Assembly: GCA_951406725.2 (NCBI GenBank)
Contig: OX597821.1
Location: 82,212,001 to 82,276,000, forward strand
Length of the DNA stretch: 64,000 bases
Source: Octopus vulgaris
Lineage: Eukaryota
Direction: 5' to 3'
Under the pieces are notes generated by a model that saw only the letters and a program-made list of their open reading frames with translations, ran no database searches and was not told the DNA's origin. Position 1 is the stretch's first letter; every line of letters begins with the position of its first letter. Positions 50,540 through 63,047 of the stretch are shown here, piece after piece. The position numbers and the translations under genes are program-made.

Positions 50540-50882
50540 TGCTTACTTATCGACCCATCATGCCAGTTTGATTCCAGGATTGTAAAGAAAGAGGAAGAAG
50601 ATAAAAAAAAATTACAATACCTTAAAATCTAAAATAAGAAGAATTTGGAACATGCAAGCAATAAAGGTTGTGCCTCTAATGATTGGTGCGTTGGGAACAG
50701 TTAGCAAAGATATAGACAAATGGCTGAAGAAGATTGAAACAGAATGTCCAGTAGAGCTCCTATAGATAATTTGTCTCTTAGGAACAGCAAGGATTATCAG
50801 GAAGGTTCTAAGTACTTGAAAGACTGTTAATCTGCAACCCACATAATTTCTACCAGGAATAAGGCTGAACCTGAGCCAAACA
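50540..50882 (+). mobile_element. Dong/R4-type RLE non-LTR 3' fragment 3
   Basis: CLLIDPSCQFDSRI...IRRIWNM...VVPLMIGALGTVSK...LLGTARIIRKVL, with a frameshift and a stop. Confidence 0.8.
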
Positions 50883-51129
50883 AATATAATAATAATTTCA
50901 AACTTTGGCACACGGTCAGTAATTTTGGAGGTGGTAGATCACCCAGTTACATCAACTCCAGTGTTCAACAGCCACTTATATATAATTTTGCCAAGGTCGA
51001 CTTTGCTTTTCACCCTTTCAGAGTCAATAAATTAAGTACTAGTTGAATGCTGGAGTCAATGTATTCGACTTGCCCCTTCCCCCAAAATTTCAGACTTTAT
51101 GCCTATAGTAGAAAAGATGATTATTATAA

Positions 51130-51346
51130 GGGCCAGTTTCCCAGTTTCATGGTGTATAAATTCACTACCTGGATGGGACACCAGTCCATTGCAGGATTAC
51201 TCATTTTTACCAGATGAGAGGACTGAAACAATGGGAAATTAAATGTTTTGCTCAAGAACACAAAATATTGCCCAGTCCAAGAATCGAAACTACAATCTTA
51301 CAATCATGAGTTCAACATACTAATTGCCAAGCCACATGCTTCCACA
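51130..51346 (-). mobile_element. SINE (head 1 + tail C)
   Basis: Reverse-complement similarity to 5090-5340. Confidence 0.7.
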
Positions 51347-51408
51347 ATGGATACAAGTATATATATGTTTGGGTGTGTTTATGTGTCTGTGTGTGTGTAT
51401 AAACAAAT

Positions 51409-51693
51409 GTGGAGATGTGTGGCTTAGTGGTTAGGATATTCAACTCCTGAGAGTATGGTCATGAGTTCAATACCTAGCAGTGTTTTGTGTCCTTAAGCAA
51501 GGCATTTTATTTCACATTGTTCCAGTTCACTCAGCTTTGTCACATTCTGTGACATGCTGAATCTCTCTGAGAACTACATTAAGGATACACATGTCCATGG
51601 TGTGCTCAGCTACTTGCATGTTAATTTCTCAAGCAGCCTATTCTGTTCATCAGATCAACTAGAACACTCATCACCATAACCGATGGAGTACCA
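51409..51693 (+). mobile_element. SINE (head 1 + tail E)
   Basis: A box TGGCTTAGTGG, B box GTTCAATACC, central block, tail E. Confidence 0.75.
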
Positions 51694-52007
51694 GTTATAA
51701 CCAAACTAGCAAATTTAAATATATATACATACATGCATACACACACACATGCTTGTGTGTTTATATATATGCCCTTCCTAACACCAACCCCTCCATGGTT
51801 GGTGTTAGGCGTCCAGCTGTAAAAACCATGCCAAAACAGACACAGAAGCATGGTGCAGACTCCACCCTGGCCAGTTCGTATCAAACCATCTAACCCATGC
51901 CAAGCATGGAAGGAGGACGTTAAATGATTACAAATGATGATGATGATGATATATATATCTATATACATATGTATATACACACATGCTCAAACACATATAT
52001 ACACATT

Positions 52008-52155
52008 CAGAGAGAGACAGACAGACAGACAGATAGAGAGAGACAGAGACAGACAGACAGACAGATAGAGAGAGACAGAGACAGACAGACAGATAGAGAG
52101 ACACAGAGACAGACAGACAGACAGATAGAGAGAGACAGAGACAGACAGACAGACA
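52008..52155. repeat. (GACA)/(GA) compound repeat with a period of about 34 bp
   Basis: GAGACAGAGACAGACAGACAGACAGATAGAGAGA-like units. Confidence 0.9.
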
Positions 52156-52720
52156 GGAGTTTTATTGTTAAGAGATACACTTAAATCCACATTTCTGATT
52201 GTCGTGAAATAGAGTTTGCTTCTTAATTCCACATTGAGTTGCATATTTACAAAAAGAAAAAAATGTAAAATTAAAAAAAAGAGCACAAGAATCCCTATTC
52301 AGCCACACAAATTCAGTATTGCCCGATTGCAACATTACAACTCTACTAGTCAATATAAGTCAAAGAGATAACTTCAAGATTACTAGTTTTTTTGTTTTTT
52401 TAATTGAATGATTTTTACTCAAAATTTTTTTTTTTTTATCCAACCTCTCTCCACCCAGATTGAAGAATTTAAGTTTGATCAAAATATATCCTCTATTGCT
52501 TTTGATTTTTAGTTGATGGAAAAACTTTCTGTGACAACTGTGTGTGCATAAAACTCCCATCAACATGCATCATAGAATTGCATGCAGCTGGTTCATTTTC
52601 TTTATCAGTGCACAACTTCCACTTAGACGCTTAAATGGAATTATTGTCACACCTTATATTTTCTGCCACCAACATTTCCAAAATGTATAAAATGTATTTT
52701 GTATTTTAAAGATATATGTG

Positions 52721-52769
<49 letters not shown>

Positions 52770-53875
52770 GTATGTATGTGTGTGTGCATGTTTATATGTG
52801 TATATAATTGGGTGAGTGTTTATATGTATGTGCATGTATGTGTGAGGGTATTGGATATATATTGGAATGTATCATATGATATATATATATTTATATATTT
52901 AATATATAATATATGTGTATAGGATATATTACATACACACACACACTTGTATAAATGCATGCATATACATATGTATGTATATATATATATATATATATAT
53001 ATGCATATATATATGCATATATATATGCATATATATATGCATATATATGTACATATATATATGCATATATATGTACATGTATACAGACACAGAGACATAT
53101 ACATACATATATATATACACACACACTCACTCACACACAAATGTACACACACATAGACACATACATTAACAAACACATAAATTTTCAATTGAAAAGCAAT
53201 ATCTCAAATTTTTAAATTTTTCTTTTTTTTGCTGTTTATAAGAAGCTGGTGAAAATCTTTGCAAAAAAATATTTTTGTTGGTATTATTGCTATTGCAACT
53301 GCTACCATTATTATTGTTGTCGTTGTTGCTGTTGTTATAGTTGTTGTTGTTGACAATAACTTTGCAGAAAAAAAAAAAAGAAAAAAATTGACTATTATTG
53401 CTTTTCACTATATCTCTGTTTTATCATTGTCGTTTTTGTTGTTGTTGTTGTTGTTGTCGCCACCGAAAGTTTTAATAGAAATATCTAAACCAATATTACA
53501 ACATTTATATATTTATATTTTTACTTCCTTTCAATATTCCATCATCCTGTCTCAAACACACACACACACACACACATTTCTTATACACACCTGAGAAGAT
53601 TCTGCAAAAAACTAAAGACATTCTTCACCAAGTGAAAATAGTAAACATGTTACACACATATTCCATTGTGGCTGATGGCATCTTGTCTTATTTTTCAACA
53701 GAGGAATATTCCAGTGCTTTGATCATGGAACTATCTCAGACCTTGGCTTATATCTACTACAAGTGGCTGAATATTTCACAGATTCCTTGTACCCTTAGCA
53801 TAATCTTTGGTACAGAATCAATGGGATAATGATAATGTGGACATGTCTGCGTATCCACTTACATATATAGACAAG

Positions 53876-54153
53876 CATTTGCATGGTTAGAGAATTTGGA
53901 TCACAATTCTAAGGCTGTGAGTTTGATTCCTGGTGATACATTGTACCATTGAGCAAGACACTTTATTTCACATTGCTCCAGTCCACTCAGTTGGCAAAAA
54001 TGAGTTGTACCTGTAAATTCAAAGGGAACCAGCCTTGGCACATTCTGTGTCACACTGAATCTCCCTGAAAACAATGTTAGGGGTACATGTGTTTGTGGAG
54101 TGCTCAGCCACTTGCACCATACTGGAACATTCATCGTCATAACCCATGGAGTA
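53876..54153 (+). mobile_element. SINE (head 1 + tail E)
   Basis: TTGAGCAAGACACTTTATTTCACATTGCTCCAGTCCACTCAG followed by tail E. Confidence 0.78.
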
Positions 54154-55450
54154 CTTGTTATATACTTGTGCATGCACACGTGTGTGTGTGTGTGTGTAGG
54201 TGTACATGTACTGAGTGAGAGAGCAAAGCATGCTACATGTATGTCTGTATGTATGTATTTATGTGTTACAAAACTTCACTGTATGTGCATATGTGTGTGC
54301 GTGTATGTACATATATATATATATATATATAAATAATTTGGGAAAACAAATTTTCAAATCAATCAGGTGTAACCCTACAGCGTTATATGCATCTACATAT
54401 CGTACTTTGGGGGTCTTATTTATCATATATTTATATATTTATCTATAAATATACAAAGTATCTGATAAATGTCAGTATTCAATTTTGGGGTATTAATCGA
54501 TATGCGGCTATTCTGTTTCAGATAATACAAAAATAACCTAATGAGTATATCTTACAGTAAACTCATGGTATCAGTCTGCACATCACGAAATAATGCTTAA
54601 AAGATATAACCAAAATTTCCAGCTGGGTATATAATGTACATTATCAATTATATCATACTTTAGTTAATACTTATATTTATTAAATGTGAAGGAACAACAC
54701 ATGTTTCAGTATTGGAAGATTACAATATATATACATATACACGACTGTATACACATATATATACATATATGCAATAATCAGATTTACAATTATTCCAGTA
54801 TTTCTTCAGGTTCTATTTCAAAATGTTATATATATCTAATTTTACATCCCTTTAAAAATAAGCAATACAATTAAGCATTAAAGATTAAAAAATTAAGAAT
54901 AAAAATTAAGAATAAAAATTATACTTTGTAATATTAAGAATTAAAATTTTTTAATTATACATCATAAATATGAATTAGTATAGATATCAATCATGTAAAA
55001 TGAAGTATATGTCAAATACAGAATGTGAGATATAAGATTAAACATCAGAATAAAAACGTCTGTGTTTAAATTTGATATATAACAGAAAAATTCAAATATA
55101 TATCTTCCTTTTTACTTTTTTGCTGGTACTAAAAGGGTGATTTGAGGAAGAAGATAGCAGGGAACTATGAGTATTTATAGGTGATTAGTACCAAGGTGGG
55201 TAATTACACTATACATAGTTTTAATTTTAAGTTATCCTCTATCATTATTTTCAAATTTACTTATATTGGGAGGTATATCTAATTTGTTATATAATTTTAG
55301 TAATATTTAATTCATATATGTATTTTATTTAAATTATTACATTATTTATTTATTTATTTCATTATTTATTTATTATTATTTTATTTATCTAGTCTATTCA
55401 AGTTCTTTAGAAGTAAAATGATGTGGTTATTTGATTCAGGGGTTGGGGAT

Positions 55451-56450
55451 TCAGTACTTCATTTTACTAAATGTAAAATTACTTTGATGCATACATTTTA
55501 CTCTTCATTCATCACGTGTGTTTAGTAATTTATCTCTAAACTGTAGTAGTTTCATAAATTCACTTATGCATAATAAACACATTTTATTCCCAATATTATA
55601 GGAGTGGGCTCTACCTATAATACTCCAATTAAGGGTATATGCTCTTTTTCTAGATTTTTATTCCCAAATATATTTACCTAAGCCTGTAGACTTACTTAAA
55701 TTGGGATTTTTAAAGGTCTGGTAGTGTTGGGATATTCTTTTTTAAATTTCATTAGCTGTAGATCCAATATAAGCCTTATTTATAATTTTATTATTATTAT
55801 TCTTAGAGCGAACTATACATTTATCAATTACATTATCTATTTTACAATTATTAGAGATCTTACATTTAGTCTTATCACGACATGAACATTTTTCTATATG
55901 TTGATTGTCTTCTATCACTATCAGTTATATTATGGCTAGAGCTATTATTTATTATGCTATTATAATAATTATTTAATTTCTTATTATTTATAGAGGAAAT
56001 GATATTGCCTACATTTCTCGATGTTGAGTATTCAACTCTTATGGTTTTATTGGAAAATATATTTGAATAACTATTGTCCTTTTTAAAAACCATTTTTACT
56101 ATTTTAAGTGTCTCCTTAATAATATTAGTCATAACCTGATCCCCGTATGGAAAAATTAACCATATAATATCTTTTTTATTTTTTATATTTTCATATTATC
56201 ATTATTAGTAGATATCATGGGTATTAAATTGCCATTCTTAGGTATATTATATCTCTTTATGTATACTTTATTATGTTTCTTACTATTGCTCATATTTTCA
56301 TTATCATTATTACTCTTATTATTATAATCATTATTAACAGCTATATTATTTTTATCTTTATTTAGTTTGTTATATTGTCTTTTATTATTATTATTCATAT
56401 TTTTACTGTTAGATTTATTATTAGTTTTATTAGGAATACTTTTTATTAGG
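55451..56450 (-). pseudogene. Penelope-like element C-terminus: linker + GIY-YIG endonuclease (Naiad-like)
   Basis: Manual translation: IIW..FPY....TNI, CSCRDKTKC...NC....VI, KAYIGST, R..QHYQTF, STGLGKYIW, MCLLCISE, LLNTRDE*RVKCMH; three internal stops and at least one frameshift. Confidence 0.88.
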
Positions 56451-56880
56451 AGCACAATACCATCCTTGAGCCTATCAGATCCTGTCAAACCATCCAACTC
56501 ATGTCAGTATGGTACATGGATGTTAAATGATGAAGATAATGATGATATAGGGACAGAAAGAGCATCTGGCAGTACAACAATGCTTTGATGATATTTATCT
56601 AAACTAGGCTAACATAGAAAAACATGTAAAAGAAAGATCATATTTAAGGTTAACCAAAAATCACCTGAATGTAAATCAAAACTATTGAATCGAACTCACT
56701 ACCTCATGATTGTGAGCCTGACACTCTAATCACTCAGCAATGTACCTTCACAGACATACACACACGCATATATATATATATATATATAATAATAAATATT
56801 AGGGAATGAATCCAAAATTACAGGGAAAAATCAGATTTAGGGTTAAATCCAATTTTATAGTAAAATATTATATAATATAA

Positions 56881-57030
56881 TTCGAGACAAAACCACTATT
56901 TTAAAACCAAACAAGGAAAGACTTAATCAATACATAAAATTTTAATATAAATTATTTAATTTATATTAAAATTTTATGTATTGATTAAGTCTTTCCTTGT
57001 TTGGTTTTAAAATAGTGGTTTTGTCTCGAA
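56881..57030. repeat. 150-bp AT-rich palindrome
   Basis: 74-bp reverse-complementary arms around a 2-nt centre (56955-56956). Confidence 0.95.
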
Positions 57031-57060
<30 letters not shown>

Positions 57061-57062
<2 letters not shown>

Positions 57063-57266
57063 GTTAATCCAAACATGAAGACACAAAGAGAAAACACAAC
57101 AATGCGAGGACGTGCAACAAATATAGTATCATTGGACGCTCAGGAAGGAAAGGAAGAAGGAGGGTTTAACATTTCAAGCTGAGCTCTTCGTCAGAAACAT
57201 AGGAAAAGGAAAGATCCAGAGAAGGGAAGACGGAGGTAAAAAAAATCGCGAACGGTACACACGCGG

Positions 57267-57270
<4 letters not shown>
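57061..57270 (-). mobile_element. about 210-bp element with minimal hammerhead-like motif, between (TA)n and (CA)n
   Basis: Minus strand GUUU CUGACGA A GAGC-UCA-GCUU GAAA UG UU AAAC at 57164-57198; second copy at 38712-38900. Confidence 0.7.
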
Positions 57271-57333
<63 letters not shown>

Positions 57334-58088
57334 CATATATATATATCTATATGGATAATGAACAATGGTCACAGCTGCAACCCTTTGACTATGTGTGTGC
57401 TGGATCAGAGCTGAACTAGGGATAAGCAACAATAACTACTAACATCACCACTACCATCACCATCATTATATGACTATTACCATCACCGCCACCATCACCA
57501 CTACCACCACTATAACACCAGAAAGAAATAGGCAAATATTGCAACAGAACATAATGAGAAATCACAGCAGAATTTTAAAAAAAAACAGAGAAAAAAACAC
57601 AGAAGATGAGGTTAAATACTTCAAAGAAAAATGGTTCCTTCTGTTATTCACCAATTTATACATACATATACATACACACTCCACACACACACACACATAT
57701 GTATGTATATATATATATGTATATGTACAATGATATTGGCAATAATTTTAATTTACAGAAGTAATCAGGAAAAATCTAAACTTCAAACTACTGTAAAAAT
57801 ATTTATAAAACAAGATAAGTTTTGTGTGTGCCATGAGGGAGAGGTGAGATGTTATGTTTCTTCAGGCAATGCAATGTTTCAAGTAGGGAAGAGCAAGGTT
57901 AAACAAAAATAAAGAGGAAAAAAATTCTTTTATCAGTCATACTACCACCACCACGCCACCACCATGACCACCACAACTATATGTACTAGCATACCATAAA
58001 CTCCATTACATCCACTCTCACAAGTGCTACCATTAAAACAAACACTGCTACCAACTTAACTGCTATGACATTCACCACAGTTAGTATT

Positions 58089-58121
<33 letters not shown>

Positions 58122-58519
58122 TGATCAATTCTTTTATGCTAAATCTTCAAAATTAATAAATTCCTTGCTCATGTGTTAGCACTCTAGCAGAAGAGCTGTG
58201 GCGGCACCTGAGTTGAGATTGTTGTCAGATGAAAGAAGTGCCGATGACTTAAGTAGTTTACTGAGTCTTAAAAGCTTCATTAAGGTGTGACTAATTCCTT
58301 GACTATTGTTAATGGGATTATGCCAAAATATGCTATTGCTTCGTTAAGTAATCTCATTTGTTTCACCATAAACATTGCAGCACTCAGCAAGCATTTTACT
58401 TTTATTTCCATTTTTTTTTCTTTCTATCTTAATTATTTGATGTTGATATTCCAGAATAAAAAATGGAATGCAAGAATCAGAATATTGCCCATAGTCTTTT
58501 ATCCTCCCCCTGCTTCACC

Positions 58520-58868
58520 ATCATTTAACATCCACTTTTCTATGCTTGCATGGGTCAGATTGAATTTGGTGAGGCAGACTTTTATAAGACTGGATGCCCT
58601 TCCTGTTTTCAATCATCATTTGTTTCCAAGTAAGGTAATATTTAATTTTGGAAGAAGTCAGAAAACAAACAACCTTTGAATAATGGTGATGCTCATTTGC
58701 AATCATCACATAACATCAATACATGTGGAAACACACACACCTTTACAATGGACTTCTTTCAGGTTCTGTCAATGAAACCCACTCACAAGGCTGTGGTCAG
58801 CCTGGGACTATAAGCAGAAGACACATGACCAAGGTACCATACAGTGGTACTCTACGCAAGACCACATG
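58520..58868 (-). mobile_element. SINE with family-A head and RTE-like tail, diverged
   Basis: Collinear with 27340-27730. Confidence 0.6.
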
Positions 58869-58892
58869 CGTGTGTTTAAATGTAAAAAAAAA

Positions 58893-59224
58893 AGGCTAAG
58901 ACCCCTTTCGGTCATGAATGACCATGGGATTGCACCTAGAAAGTTACCCTCTGAGGCACAAGTCTGAGCAAAGTTGTTTATGGAAGACCAACAGTCACCT
59001 ATGTATATCAGCCTCTCCTCTTCATGCCACTGATATTATCAAAAGCAAAGGCAAAGGCTGATACAGCATGGCACCAGTGACATTGCAACTAATTTCTACA
59101 GCTGAGTAAACTGGAGCAATGTGAAATAAAGTGTCTTGCTCAAGAACACAATGCACAGCCCAATCTGGGATTCGAACTCACTACCTCATGATTGTAAGCC
59201 CGATGCTCTAACCACTGAGCAATG
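58893..59224 (-). mobile_element. SINE (head 1 + tail D), full length
   Basis: Reverse complement has A/B boxes (GCTCAGTGG; GTTCGAATCC), the central block and a complete tail D. Confidence 0.85.
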
Positions 59225-59467
59225 ACAATTCAAGTAATCCTTGGCAGGATTTGAGCTCAGAACACAAAGCAGTAGAACAAGTAACACAAGTACCATGTTA
59301 TATTTAATGTTACAATGACTTCCTATCTTGAGTCTCCTCCTAGGCTGGTACTTTATTTATTGATCCAAGAAGGATGAAACATAAAGCTGACCTAGTTGGG
59401 GCTTGAACTCAGAGCGCAAGAAGCCAAAATAGATGCTGCAAGATATTTTCATCCAGTCATCTCATGA

Positions 59468-59640
59468 CTGTGTGTACGTGTGTGTGTGAGAGAGTGTGTG
59501 TGAATGTGTGCATGTGTGTGTATGTGTGTGTGTGTGCAAGCATACATATGATTGTGAGTGTGTGAGAGCACAAGCATGTGTGTATGTGTGTGTGTGTGTG
59601 TGCAAGCATACATGTGGTTGTGAGTGTGTGAGAGCACAAG

Positions 59641-59673
<33 letters not shown>

Positions 59674-59711
59674 AAGCATACATGTGGTTGTGAGTGTGTG
59701 AGAGCACAAGC

Positions 59712-59742
<31 letters not shown>

Positions 59743-60112
59743 AGCATACATGTGATTGTGAGTGTGTGAGAGCACAAGCATGTGTGCATGTGTGTGTGTG
59801 TGTGCACGCATGCATGTGTTCCAGCAGGCATGCGAGTGAGCACATGCATGTGTGCATGTGTGTGCACAAGTGTGTGTGAGTGTGTGAGCATGCATGTATA
59901 TAACCATACATGTGCATGTGCATGTACGGGTGCATGTGTGTGTGCATGCATGTGTGTGTGTGCACGCATGTGTGTGTGTGCATATGAGTGTACATGAATG
60001 GGTGTGTGAGAACATGTGCATATGAGCATGTATTTGTAAGTGAGCATTTAAGCACATGTGAATGCACATGAGTGTGTGTGTGCATGCTTGAATGTGTGTG
60101 CATGTGTGTGGT
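59468..60112. repeat. (TG)-based complex minisatellite
   Basis: Includes four copies of (TG)n-CAAGCATACATRTGRTTGTGAGTGTGTGAGAGCACAAGCA at about 59520-59782. Confidence 0.9.
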
Positions 60113-62342
60113 GGCATTTTTATTGTTTAGCTCCAAGTCAATTCTGATCGGTAACACTATGACCAAAGGCATTCTAGCAGTGACCATCTTCAGTTCATTG
60201 TTTCTTAAAACAACATTATCTTCTATTTTCTCCATGCTTTAAAGTGGTTGAGTGTAATTTAAGATAGATTTAGCTGCTATTTGTAGGAGGGCATACAACC
60301 ATATAGAGGCATGCTTTTCATTGTGATACTTGAATCTATAAAAGGAAAGGAACTCTCTAAAGGGAATCTTCTCAAAAAATCATGTCCCTTTAGGGGGACA
60401 TAATTATTTTTAACTTTACCCACTGAAATAAATAGGGACCAACTGGTAAAATAATTACCTGATTAAGTACTGGGGTGAACTGATGTAATTGACTAAAACC
60501 CTTAAAGATAGTATTCCCAACATAATCATAGTTCAATGAATGAAGCTAGCAAAAGAATGAAAGAATTTACTTAAATAAGCATAATTAATATATGATACAT
60601 AAAACAGTTAAAAAAGATCTCTGCGCTATTCAAAATCATAATCTCAACACACTGATAGCTGGATCTCTCTGGAACACCCTCCATACCCAGGTATTCTCAT
60701 CTACCCACTAACTTTCAATAATTCAAACTAAGCATTAACCACACACAGTTATTTCTGTACATTTTCTTAGTTAATCCATAGAGCCGCTGTTTATCTTGGG
60801 TTTATGTAGAATTAAGTAGCATAAGTCCCTCTATCTTTCTTCCCTACCCACCATCTTTCATCCATTGGATAGTATGATAGTCTATGTGTCTATCTTTTTG
60901 AACTTTCTCCTTTTTCTTGTTTTTGTTCGTTTTTCTTTTACACTTGATGAAATTATAGAAATATCTCCAAATACATTACTAACAAATACTACATAGTGCA
61001 GATAAAAATCCTCTATCGCTACCGATAACTCTTTCTCTCTCACTTCACATCAAAGATCTCATTAAAAATTAAAAATGTATGTATATATATAATCCCAAGA
61101 ACTTTCAAAAGAAAACCTATATATTTATTACACACACACACACATGATATATATACCATATGATATATATATATACATATATATATATGATATATTTATA
61201 TATATATATATGTATATGCAATGGTGCGTATGGGAGGAGAGAGAGAGAGATTCACAATTATAAATGTGTAAGTATATATGTGTGTGTAGATATATATATA
61301 TATATGCATATATATTCACAATTATATATATGTGTGTGTGCATGTGTGTGATTTAGATTATAATGATGATGTGTGCATGTATGTGTGTGTGTGTGTGTGT
61401 GTGTGTGCACAGTTATACATGTATAAGTGTAAGTGTACTAAAGAACGATTCTCTCCATTCAGCCAGAAATTTGTGAAGTCTTACAACCGTGCGTTCAATG
61501 GTTCCAGTATGTCTCTAACCTGGGAGTGGATTGGCAGGGATTTTTCTAACCCTGATCTTAATTTGGGTCGAGAAACCTGACTGATGAGAATGAACATATC
61601 TATAGCTTTCAATTTTTAATGTATCTATTATTAATATGGGTGAGGGTGGAAATGGTACAGAAACAACCTGGAGAAATATTGAATTGTTTGTGCTGGTTAG
61701 CAAGCCTGGCTTATTGTATAATTGAAGGAGAGAGAAGAAAGAGGGCAGTAAAGGATTTCTGGTTGTTTTATTACCATGTCTATTAGTTAAAAATCATTAT
61801 TACAACTGGATTAAATGGTTTCATTGCTGTTTAGTGGCTCTCCCCCCTTCCCAAGAGATTGGTACTATCATTGGTGTTACTGATGCAACAGGAAATGTTG
61901 GCATCAATTACAAGTTTCTCGGCTTACCAGCAAAATCACCACCACCACCAATTCCAGTAAAATCACCCCACTAACACTGCCGAATGCCACTGTCATCACT
62001 AAGAATGCCTTAGTGACCATCACTAACAACGCCACTGTCACCGTTGCTAGTTATTCCACTACACAAACCTGCCACCACCACCACCACCATCACTAATAAA
62101 GCCACCACCATCACTGTCAACGCCACCATCACCAGCACTTTCACCACCAACACCACCACTACCATCTCTACCATAGCTACTATACAATCACCATACAATG
62201 CCCCATCACCCCCGTACTAAGCAATCTATTATTAATATGGGTGCACACTATAATAACACTAGACTACAACTTTGCTGCACTGTACCCACACTACATCACC
62301 TCATATGCTACAACACAACCATGCTTTATAACACCAACATCG

Positions 62343-62722
62343 TGGCACTCCGTCGGTTATGACGATGCAAGTTCCAATTGATCCAAACAATGGAACAGCC
62401 TGCTCGTGAAATTAATGTTTAAGTGGCTGAGCACTCCACAGACACATGTACCCTTAATGTAGTTCTCGGGGAGATTCAGCATGACACAGAGTGTGACAAG
62501 GCTGGCCCCTTTGAAATACAGGTACAAGAGAAAGAGGAAGAAGGAGTGAGAGAAAGTTGTGGTGGAAGAGTACAGTAGGGTTCACCCCCCCCCACTCCAG
62601 AGCCATGTGGAGCTTTAGGAGTTTTCACTCAATAAACACTCACAACGCCTGGTCTGGGAATCGAAACCATGATCCCATAACTGTGTGTCCGCTGCCCTAA
62701 CCACTGGGTCATTGCGCATCCA
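62343..62722 (-). mobile_element. SINE (head B + tail E)
   Basis: 62530-62722 matches the head of 15069-15393; 62343-62527 matches tail E. Confidence 0.85.
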
Positions 62723-62884
62723 CAACACCAGCATACATTAGATGATCGTCACACTAACATGCAAGCATACTACAACTCTTCAGCAGACTACAGCAACACA
62801 CATACATACTAAAACACAATTACACACACACTAGATTGACACTACACACAACACTATCCCATACTATAGCTTCATACTGCAGTG

Positions 62885-63047
62885 CAGTAGCATAGCCTAG
62901 GGTATGCAGAATGTGTAGTCCACAGAAGGTATCCACTTTGAATGGGGGTGGCAGACAAATATTGGAGGCATGTTACATTTCAAGATAGGGGTGGCTAATT
63001 TGGCTATTACAAAGGAAAGGGTGTTCAAAACACATGCTATGACACTG
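62885..63047. mobile_element. possible hAT-type MITE
   Basis: Imperfect terminal inverted repeat CAGTAGCATAGC / GCTATGACACTG; TSD not convincing. Confidence 0.3.

Noticed and set aside
55500-55510. In-frame TGA in the Penelope endonuclease as possible selenocysteine
   Set aside because: It is not at a conserved Cys position, two TAA stops occur in the same frame, and I saw no SECIS.
59449-60235. Three overlapping His/Cys-rich ORFs of 196-257 aa resembling metal-binding proteins
   Set aside because: All three minus frames are open because of (CA)n composition.
61463-61506. Possible 44-nt plus-strand exon (PEICEVLQPCVQWFQ)
   Set aside because: Weak splice context and no recognisable homology.
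1008-61580. Many listed ORFs rich in YI, HT, CV, MYVC or YLSI repeats
   Set aside because: They are translations of di- and tetranucleotide microsatellites that lack stops by composition.
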